Below, piece after piece: positions 28,683 through 35,889 of a stretch of 35,889 bases of DNA (positions within the stretch are counted from its first letter, which is position 1; each line of letters begins with the position of its first letter). The notes beneath the pieces are model-generated. The model made no database searches and was not told where the DNA came from. It worked only from the letters and a program-made list of their open reading frames with translations. The DNA comes from an uncultured Muribaculaceae bacterium (GTDB taxonomy: Bacteria > Bacillota_I > Bacilli_A > RF39 > UBA660), in NCBI GenBank assembly GCA_964415015.1, contig CAYPXM010000002.1, forward strand, positions 14,269 to 50,157. The letters are read 5' to 3'. The position numbers and the translations under genes were made by a program.

Positions 28683-30800
28683 ATGGATAATAATGTAATA
28701 AAAGCTTTAAGTGAAAGCCTAAATATCAAAGTAAATCAAATCGAATGTGTATTAAAATTATTAAGTGAAGGAGCTACTATTCCATTTATTGCTCGATACC
28801 GTAAAGAATTAACTGGGAATTTAGATGAAGATCAAATTCGTAGTATTGAAGAACAATACCGATATCAAAATAATTTATTTGAACGAAAGAATGATGTTAT
28901 TAGGTTAATTGATGAAAAGGATCTACTAACGGAAGAATTAAAACAAAGTATTATTAATTGCAAAAAATTAACGGAAGTAGAAGATTTATATCGCCCATTC
29001 AAAGAGAAAAAGAAAACTAAAGCCACGGAAGCTATTAAGCTCGGTTTAGAACCACTAGCGAAAAAGATTATGTCATTTCCAACAACTGGTAATATGGAAA
29101 ATCTATGTAGTGGTTATAACATGGATTACAAAGTGGCGTTAGAAAATGCTGGATATATCATAAGTGAATGGATTAGTGATAATGTATATTACCGTAAAAT
29201 AATTAGAAGTTATTTATATCGAGAAGGGAAAATAACTAGTAAAATAAAAAAAGGGGCGGAAGATAGTTTAAAAACATTTAGTAACTATTATGATTTTTGT
29301 GAACATATTAAAACGATTAAACATTTTCGTGTTTTAGCTCTTAATCGAGGAGAAAATTTAAAAGTATTAAATGTCGGAATTGATTATGATTTAGCTACCA
29401 TTGAAAATATGTTAGCTGATAAGATTATTAAAAATAAAACATCTTTTGTTGTGCCGTTTATTTTAGAATTTATTAAAGATAGTTTAAAACGATTAATTCT
29501 TCCTTCAATTGAAAGAGAAATACGTAGTGAATTAACTGAAGATTCAGAACTCCAAGCGATTGATACTTTTAAAATAAATTTAGAACATTTATTAATGACT
29601 AGACCAATTAAAGGTTCAAATGTTTTAGGTTTTGATCCAGCTTTCCGAACTGGTTGTAAGTTAGCAGTTCTTGATAAAGAAGGACGAATAAAAAAAATAG
29701 CTGTTATATATCCGCATGAACCAGTAAATGATAAACTTAATTCTGCGAAAACATTATTAGAATTAATTAATGAATATCATATAGATTTAATTGCTATTGG
29801 AAATGGTACTGCCTCAAGAGAAAGTGAATCTTTTGTGGCCGAAACGATTAAAAATACGAATTGTAAATATATCATTGTATCTGAAGCTGGTGCCAGTGTA
29901 TATAGCGCTAGTAAAGAAGCCCAAAATGAATTTCCGGATTTAACCGTTGAAAAACGTAGTGCGATATCAATTGGTCGACGAATTCAGGATCCATTAGCTG
30001 AACTAGTTAAAATTGATCCGAAAAGCATTGGGGTTGGAGAGTATCAACATGACGTTAATCAAAAAACATTAGGGGAATCACTTGATTTTACTGTACTAAA
30101 GATTGTTAATAGTGTAGGAGTTAATGTTAACACCGCCAGTGAAGCAATTTTAAAATATGTTAGTGGATTAAATAAAAGTAGTATTAAAGCCATCCTTGAT
30201 AATGTTCCCTTTACATCTCGAGAAGAGATTAAAAAATTAAAAGGAGTAAGTGCTAAAACCTTTGAACAATGTGCTGGTTTTTTAAAAATTGTTGATGGAA
30301 TAAATCCACTTGATAATACCAAAATTCATCCAGAAAGTTATGAACTTACAAATAAACTATTAAAAGCATTAGCTCAAAATATAAATGATATTAATAGTGA
30401 TGAATTTAAAGAAACGTTAAAGATCGTTAACCCTGAATCTTTAGCTGATGAACTTAATAGTGATGTGTATACCATTAGTGATATTATTAATGAATTATTA
30501 GCCCCTGGTTTAGATCCACGTGATAATTTAGAACAACCAACTCTTAAGAGTGATATTTTACATATTGAAGACTTAAAAATTGGTATGGAACTTGAAGGAA
30601 CGGTTCGTAACGTTGCATCTTTTGGTGCATTTATTGATATTGGATTAAAAAATGATGGTTTATGTCATATCTCTAAATTAAGTAATAGTTTTGTATCTAA
30701 TCCCCTTGATATCGTAAATGTCGGTGATATCGTAAAATGCTATGTTATTGATATTGATATTGAAACTAAAAAAGTAGGTTTATCACTTGTAGAAAGATAA
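28683..30800 (+). CDS. tex: Tex-like transcription accessory protein (S1 RNA-binding, YqgF and HhH domains)
   Basis: The N-terminus VLKLLSEGATIPFIARYRKELTGNLDEDQIR is the Tex signature. Motifs: YqgF-like GFDPAFRTGCK, HhH region, C-terminal S1 domain GMELEGTVRNVASFGAFIDIG...DGLCHIS. Confidence 0.95.
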   Translation: MDNNVIKALSESLNIKVNQIECVLKLLSEGATIPFIARYRKELTGNLDEDQIRSIEEQYRYQNNLFERKNDVIRLIDEKDLLTEELKQSIINCKKLTEVEDLYRPFKEKKKTKATEAIKLGLEPLAKKIMSFPTTGNMENLCSGYNMDYKVALENAGYIISEWISDNVYYRKIIRSYLYREGKITSKIKKGAEDSLKTFSNYYDFCEHIKTIKHFRVLALNRGENLKVLNVGIDYDLATIENMLADKIIKNKTSFVVPFILEFIKDSLKRLILPSIEREIRSELTEDSELQAIDTFKINLEHLLMTRPIKGSNVLGFDPAFRTGCKLAVLDKEGRIKKIAVIYPHEPVNDKLNSAKTLLELINEYHIDLIAIGNGTASRESESFVAETIKNTNCKYIIVSEAGASVYSASKEAQNEFPDLTVEKRSAISIGRRIQDPLAELVKIDPKSIGVGEYQHDVNQKTLGESLDFTVLKIVNSVGVNVNTASEAILKYVSGLNKSSIKAILDNVPFTSREEIKKLKGVSAKTFEQCAGFLKIVDGINPLDNTKIHPESYELTNKLLKALAQNINDINSDEFKETLKIVNPESLADELNSDVYTISDIINELLAPGLDPRDNLEQPTLKSDILHIEDLKIGMELEGTVRNVASFGAFIDIGLKNDGLCHISKLSNSFVSNPLDIVNVGDIVKCYVIDIDIETKKVGLSLVER

Positions 30801-30838
30801 TTATTAAGATATAATAATATGTATTCAGGGAGGAATAT

Positions 30839-32497
30839 ATGTATAATTTAGAAGAATTAAATAATAAAGTAAATGAAATGCTTGGTAGAAATAAAGAATT
30901 AATAAATAAAAATGTGTTTTTTGGTGATAATACTTTAAATGTTGAATTATTAAAAGAATATTCTATCGAAGAAATAAGTAATGAATTAGGAAAATATATT
31001 ATTCGTAAAGAGTACGATAAAATTAAAGAATTATTGTGCTTAAATGATAAAGAACTATCTGATAAAATAAAAAAAGCATTTTTATTATCTAACAAATTTA
31101 ATATCACTTCTTATTTTTATGATGAAGTAAGTGATTTCATTTTAGAAAATTATGAATTAAATAAAGATTTATTTACTAAATATGTTATCGGTTGTAATAG
31201 AGAGAAATTATTAATTAGTTATGCTAAAAATGCCCAATTAGATAATGATGATGAAATAATTAAAGCAGTTATAGATATGGGTATTAATAGTATTGTTTCA
31301 TATGCTATTGAAGTACCAAATGCTCCTTTAGAATTATTTGGTAAAGAACTAATAAATACTCAAAATAATGATGTTTATGAATTAATTCGTTTTATCTTAT
31401 TTGTACCTAATATTCCTAATAATATTTTTAATCAAATAATGGAAAAAATATTTCAAATCAATGATGCTAAAGCTTTCATCTATATGTTAAAAAGCGATAC
31501 TTATCAAAAATTAATATGTGATGAAATAATTTTTAATAGAATATGCGACGCAATATTATCTTCTGGAAGAGGTTTACTTATCTATGATTTAGCGACCTCA
31601 GTTAAAAATGTTCCAATGTCAAAAATAATTAAAGTATTAATTAATAATGAAGATATCGATACATTATATAAACTTATTACTCATGATAATATTTTTAATA
31701 GGGCTATTTCAAAGAATAAAATAGAGGCAAAATTAATTGAAGAAATAATTAATTTATTTGTTAAAGAAGCTAGTATTTATGATATTATTCAAATTAACAA
31801 AGTATTCCTAAAAGAAGATGAAATTTTAGCAAAATTAATTAATGCAAATAATTGTTCTGAAGAAGAAATTAGTGATTACGTTTCCCACAGTATAAAAAGA
31901 TTAAATCCATTAAAAACATATGATTTATTAATTAATACTAATAGTATAATGGTTCTTAAAAAATTATATTCTGTGGTAATAAAGAATGATCAATTGCGTA
32001 AAAATGTAGTAACTAAAATAATTAATCATGAAAATCAATTATCTGCTTTAGATTTTGCTTTAGAATCTAGCACATTACCTGTTGATAGAAAAAATATTAT
32101 TGACAATATAGATTTAATAAAATTATTTAGGATAATAAATAGAAAAAAAGATAATGAAGAAACAGTAAATTTTAAAAATAAAGAGTTACTTGCTATATGC
32201 CATAACAACTATTTAGAAATTTGTAATTTCTTTTATGCAAGTGCAAAATATAATAAAAAGAATAATACTGTACATGACAAACTATTAAAAGAATTCATAA
32301 GTTGTTCTATTTTAGAAAAAGATGGAATACTATTCTTACAAGTTTTTTATGATTATTTAATTGATCCTATTGGTAATCATGATAAGTTAGAAGAATTAAC
32401 AAATGAGTATGAAACGCAAAAAGCTTTATTAAAAACCGATGTTAAGGAACCAAAAGAAAATAAAAGCTTATTAAAAAAAATGTTTAAGAAGAACTAG
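30839..32497 (+). CDS. hypothetical protein (552 aa, soluble, all-alpha repeat-like, Lys/Asn/Ile-rich)
   Basis: Strong GGGAGG RBS and a TATAAT at 30807-30812. There is no terminator after tex, but its own terminator follows. No recognisable catalytic motif. Confidence 0.55.
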   Translation: MYNLEELNNKVNEMLGRNKELINKNVFFGDNTLNVELLKEYSIEEISNELGKYIIRKEYDKIKELLCLNDKELSDKIKKAFLLSNKFNITSYFYDEVSDFILENYELNKDLFTKYVIGCNREKLLISYAKNAQLDNDDEIIKAVIDMGINSIVSYAIEVPNAPLELFGKELINTQNNDVYELIRFILFVPNIPNNIFNQIMEKIFQINDAKAFIYMLKSDTYQKLICDEIIFNRICDAILSSGRGLLIYDLATSVKNVPMSKIIKVLINNEDIDTLYKLITHDNIFNRAISKNKIEAKLIEEIINLFVKEASIYDIIQINKVFLKEDEILAKLINANNCSEEEISDYVSHSIKRLNPLKTYDLLINTNSIMVLKKLYSVVIKNDQLRKNVVTKIINHENQLSALDFALESSTLPVDRKNIIDNIDLIKLFRIINRKKDNEETVNFKNKELLAICHNNYLEICNFFYASAKYNKKNNTVHDKLLKEFISCSILEKDGILFLQVFYDYLIDPIGNHDKLEELTNEYETQKALLKTDVKEPKENKSLLKKMFKKN

Positions 32498-32516
32498 AAT
32501 AATCTAGTTTTTTTTG
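32492..32516 (+). terminator. rho-independent terminator
   Basis: AACTAGA / TCTAGTT stem, ATAA loop, T8 run. Confidence 0.6.
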
Positions 32517-32558
32517 TTCCTTTAGGGTATAATATAAATAAGAATTAAAGGTGACAAA

Positions 32559-34502
32559 ATGAAGAAATTAAAAGCTAATCAAATAGCTGTATTTAGCGTA
32601 TTTTTAATACTACTAGAAATTATTATTAGAGCATTACTATATAAAACATTTTTTGTAAGTGTTACATTATATACTATTGTTTTTTTAATCCCTTTATCAT
32701 TTATCTTTATGTTGATTACCCTGTTACCAGTGAGAGTAAATAAAATTTGCTTTTATGTATTAACTAGTTTTTTTACCATATATTTTGCTTTCCAATACTG
32801 TTTCTATCATTTATTTAGTACCCCATTTAGTTTTACAACCATCGGCCTTGCTGATCAAGCAGTAGATTTTAGTAATGTGGTATTAGATACGATAATCGCT
32901 AATTGGTGGCAATTACTACTTATTTTTATGCCTTTAATTTTCGTCATAATATTTCATAAACACATTAATTTTAAAAAATATAATCTTCGTCATGGCATAC
33001 TTTTTACTGGTATAATTCTCCTTAGTTATGGAGCTGGATTATTATGTTTATTAATTAATAAAAAAGAGCAATATTCGGCTTATAATTTATATTATAATGT
33101 GAATTCTGATATTGATAATTATAAAACTTTTGGGGTAATTACTTCAAGTCGTCTTGATATTAAAAGACTTATTTTTGGTTTTGAAGAAAAAATTATTTTA
33201 GAAGATTTAGAATTAAATACTAGTCCTACCATTATTGATCCTTTACTTCCAATAGTAAAAGGAGATAATAAAATAGATATTGATTTTGATGGACTTATAA
33301 GTAATACCAGTGATCAGACTTTAACTGGCGTGCATGAATACTTTAAAAATCAAGAACCAACTAATAAAAATCAATATACTGGTTATTATAAAGGTAAAAA
33401 TTTAATCTTTATTTTAGCAGAAGGATTTAATAATATCGCGGTTAGTGAAGAGTTAACTCCTACGTTGTATAAAATGAGTAATAATTCATTTGTTTTTGAA
33501 AACTTTTATTCACCAGTTTTTTTAAGCACGATTGGGGGAGAGTTTCAAGCCGTTACAGGTTTAATTCCAAACCAAGAAATACTTACTAATTGGAAAAAGA
33601 ATATGGTTAGTAATCCTTATGCTTTAGGCCATGCCTTTAATAAGATTGGATACAATACTCAAAGTTATCATGATTGGACTTACACATATTATGCTCGAAA
33701 TAAATATATGCAAAATATCGGATTTAATAATTATTTAGGCTGCAATAATGGAATGGAAAAACTAATTAATTGTAAATGGCTACCTAGTGACATTGAAATG
33801 ATGGATAAAACGGTTGACTTGTATGCTACTAATACACCATTTACAACTTATTATGTAACGGTTAGTGGTCATGCTCCTTATGTCTTAACTAATGGAAATA
33901 GTATTGCCCTAAAAAATAAAGATTTAGTCAAAGATTTACCTTATAGTACAGAAATAAAAGCTTATCTATCAACTCAAATTGAATTAGATAAAGCACTAGA
34001 GACTTTAATTAATAAACTAACTATTGCTGGAGTAATGGATGATACGGTTATTGCCTTAGTAGGAGACCATTATCCATATACCTTATCGACTGATTTAATT
34101 AATGAAATAAGTAGTTATAATCGAGATGGAATTGTCGAAGTAAATCGGAGTAATTTTATTATCTATAATCCTAGTACTCCTAAAACAGTTATTAAGAAAA
34201 CTGGAAGTCAAATTGATGCTTTACCAACCCTTTTAAATTTATTCGGAATCGAATATGATTCTCGTTTAATTGTTGGGCGAGATATATTAAGTAATCAAGA
34301 GGGATTAGCAATTTTTTCTAATCGTAGTTGGGTAACAGACAAAGGAAGATATTATAGTTCTTCTAAGAAATTTGTGCCAAAAGAAAATCAAATAGTTAGT
34401 GATACTTATGTTGAAGATATGAATAAGAAGGTATCCAATAAATTTACAATGAGTAGTTTAATAATGAGTAAAGATTATTATAAAATAGTTTTAGGAGAGT
34501 AG
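32559..34502 (+). CDS. LTA synthase family protein (LtaS-like membrane sulfatase / phosphoglycerol transferase)
   Basis: Five N-terminal TM helices are followed by an extracellular sulfatase-type domain (NLIFILAEGF, FLSTIGGEFQAVTGL, SGHAPY, GDHYPY). Confidence 0.8.
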   Translation: MKKLKANQIAVFSVFLILLEIIIRALLYKTFFVSVTLYTIVFLIPLSFIFMLITLLPVRVNKICFYVLTSFFTIYFAFQYCFYHLFSTPFSFTTIGLADQAVDFSNVVLDTIIANWWQLLLIFMPLIFVIIFHKHINFKKYNLRHGILFTGIILLSYGAGLLCLLINKKEQYSAYNLYYNVNSDIDNYKTFGVITSSRLDIKRLIFGFEEKIILEDLELNTSPTIIDPLLPIVKGDNKIDIDFDGLISNTSDQTLTGVHEYFKNQEPTNKNQYTGYYKGKNLIFILAEGFNNIAVSEELTPTLYKMSNNSFVFENFYSPVFLSTIGGEFQAVTGLIPNQEILTNWKKNMVSNPYALGHAFNKIGYNTQSYHDWTYTYYARNKYMQNIGFNNYLGCNNGMEKLINCKWLPSDIEMMDKTVDLYATNTPFTTYYVTVSGHAPYVLTNGNSIALKNKDLVKDLPYSTEIKAYLSTQIELDKALETLINKLTIAGVMDDTVIALVGDHYPYTLSTDLINEISSYNRDGIVEVNRSNFIIYNPSTPKTVIKKTGSQIDALPTLLNLFGIEYDSRLIVGRDILSNQEGLAIFSNRSWVTDKGRYYSSSKKFVPKENQIVSDTYVEDMNKKVSNKFTMSSLIMSKDYYKIVLGE

Positions 34503-34503
34503 T

Positions 34504-35889
34504 ATGTGTGGAATAACCGGATTTATAACTAAAGACAAAAATAAAGAAGAAATATTAAATAAGATGTTAGTAAGAATAAATCATCGAGGACCTGATGGTG
34601 AAGGAACCTTTATTGATGATACGATAGCTATTGGTCAAAAAAGACTAGCGATTATTGATTTAAAAACTGGTGAACAACCAATGTTTAATGAAAATGAAAG
34701 ATATGTTACAGTTTTTAATGGTGAAATATACAATTATTTAGAATTAAGAGCTGAATTAGAAAAAAAGGATCACTATTTTAAAACCACTAGTGATACTGAA
34801 GTATTATTGCATGGTTACGAAGAGTGGGGCTATTTACTTTTAAATAAACTTAGAGGTATGTTTGCTTTTGTAATTTGGGATCGTGAAAAAAAAGAACTTT
34901 TTGGTGCTAGAGATCATTTTGGAATAAAGCCATTTTATTATTATCATGAAAACGAAACATTTATGTTTGCATCAGAAATAAAAGCCTTCTTAGATCATCC
35001 AAGCTTTAAAAAAGAATTTAATCAAGATATCTTATTACCATATTTATCTTTTAATTATTCACCAACAGAAGAAACTTTCTTTAAGAATGTTAAAAGATTA
35101 GAACCAGGTCATTTCTTTGTTTATAAAGATAATAGGCTAATTATTAAAAGATATTTTAAATTAATGTTTAAAGAAGAAGAAAAATCAAAAGAAAAATATA
35201 TTAAAGAAATATCTGATATAATGAAAGACTCAGTTAATAAACATATGTTAGCTGATGTAGAAGTAGGATCTTTCTTATCAAGTGGTATTGATTCTTCATA
35301 TTTAGTTTGCTTAGCAAAACCTGATAAAACCTATACGGTAGGTTATAAAATAGATAAATACAATGAAATATCTTATGCTGAAGATTTAGCAAAAAAATTA
35401 AATATAAATAATACTAGTAAAATTATTACTAAAGATGAGTATTTCAAAGAAATACCTAAAATAATGTATCATATGGATGAACCTTTAGCAGATCCTGCAG
35501 CAGTATCTTTATATTTTGTTTCAAAACTTGCTAGTAAAGATGTGAAAGTTGTCTTATCGGGTGAAGGTGCCGATGAGTTCTTTGGTGGATATAACTATTA
35601 TCGTGAAGAAGTAGATTACAAATTTTACAATAAAATACCTTACTTTATTAGGAAATTTATTTCAACTTGTTGTAGTATTTTACCAGAGGTTAGGGGAATA
35701 AATTTTTTAGTTCGTAGAGGTCAAAAATTAGAAGATAATTATATTGGAGTAACTAAAGTATTTAGTGAAAAAGAACGTAAAAAAATAGTTAATTTTAAAG
35801 CAAAAAATCAAAAAAACAAAGATATTACTAAATGGGTTTATGATGAACAAAGTAAACAAAATAATGTTATTAAAATGCAAGCTATTGAT
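34504..35889 (+). CDS. asnB: asparagine synthase (glutamine-hydrolysing), 3'-partial at the window edge
   Basis: Absent from the ORF track because there is no stop in the window. AGGAG RBS lies inside the end of the upstream gene. MCGITGFI gives the Cys2 nucleophile. Motifs: RGPDGEG, RLAIIDL, FNGEIYNY, TSDTEV, and the PP-loop SFLSSGIDSS. The frame is open for 462 codons to nt 35889. Confidence 0.93.
   Translation, partial: MCGITGFITKDKNKEEILNKMLVRINHRGPDGEGTFIDDTIAIGQKRLAIIDLKTGEQPMFNENERYVTVFNGEIYNYLELRAELEKKDHYFKTTSDTEVLLHGYEEWGYLLLNKLRGMFAFVIWDREKKELFGARDHFGIKPFYYYHENETFMFASEIKAFLDHPSFKKEFNQDILLPYLSFNYSPTEETFFKNVKRLEPGHFFVYKDNRLIIKRYFKLMFKEEEKSKEKYIKEISDIMKDSVNKHMLADVEVGSFLSSGIDSSYLVCLAKPDKTYTVGYKIDKYNEISYAEDLAKKLNINNTSKIITKDEYFKEIPKIMYHMDEPLADPAAVSLYFVSKLASKDVKVVLSGEGADEFFGGYNYYREEVDYKFYNKIPYFIRKFISTCCSILPEVRGINFLVRRGQKLEDNYIGVTKVFSEKERKKIVNFKAKNQKNKDITKWVYDEQSKQNNVIKMQAID

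Overview
Strongly AT-rich chromosomal segment from a low-GC Gram-positive bacterium (Bacillota; Erysipelotrichia/Bacilli-like is only a guess). It uses the standard code: Trp is TGG and TGA acts as a stop. I call 29 coding regions, 28 complete plus a 3'-partial asnB that is missing from the ORF track. I found no rRNA, tRNA, CRISPR array, transposase or integrase. Core genes (pcrA-ligA, tex, asnB, a NitT/TauT-type ABC importer) are interleaved with many cell-surface genes: two YfhO paralogues, an LtaS-like sulfatase, a membrane-anchored PIG-L deacetylase, an S55 (SpoIVB-like) peptidase, a sugar-transfer-associated ATP-grasp and a degenerate GGDEF membrane protein. Three things stand out. (1) 17413..19785 is a stand-alone gene for a cytoplasmic TIR domain with the catalytic-type Glu, one TM helix and a ~570-aa extracytoplasmic WD40-like beta-propeller. 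None of the known TIR-system partners is nearby, and this is my top candidate for an undescribed sensor/defence system. (2) 2526..6303 is a tapA-sipW-tasA-like locus with an archaeal/ER-type signal peptidase and three TasA/camelysin-fold substrates. A fourth paralogue lies directly upstream of the TIR gene, and two of the four are fused to a DUF6273-like C-terminal domain. (3) 9311..12049 is a self-contained five-gene operon of unknown function upstream of pcrA, in which three products share an mTERF-like helical repeat. Most transcription units are bounded by readable sigma-A-type promoters (often extended -10) and rho-independent terminators. All family assignments come from motif recognition by eye; no searches were run.
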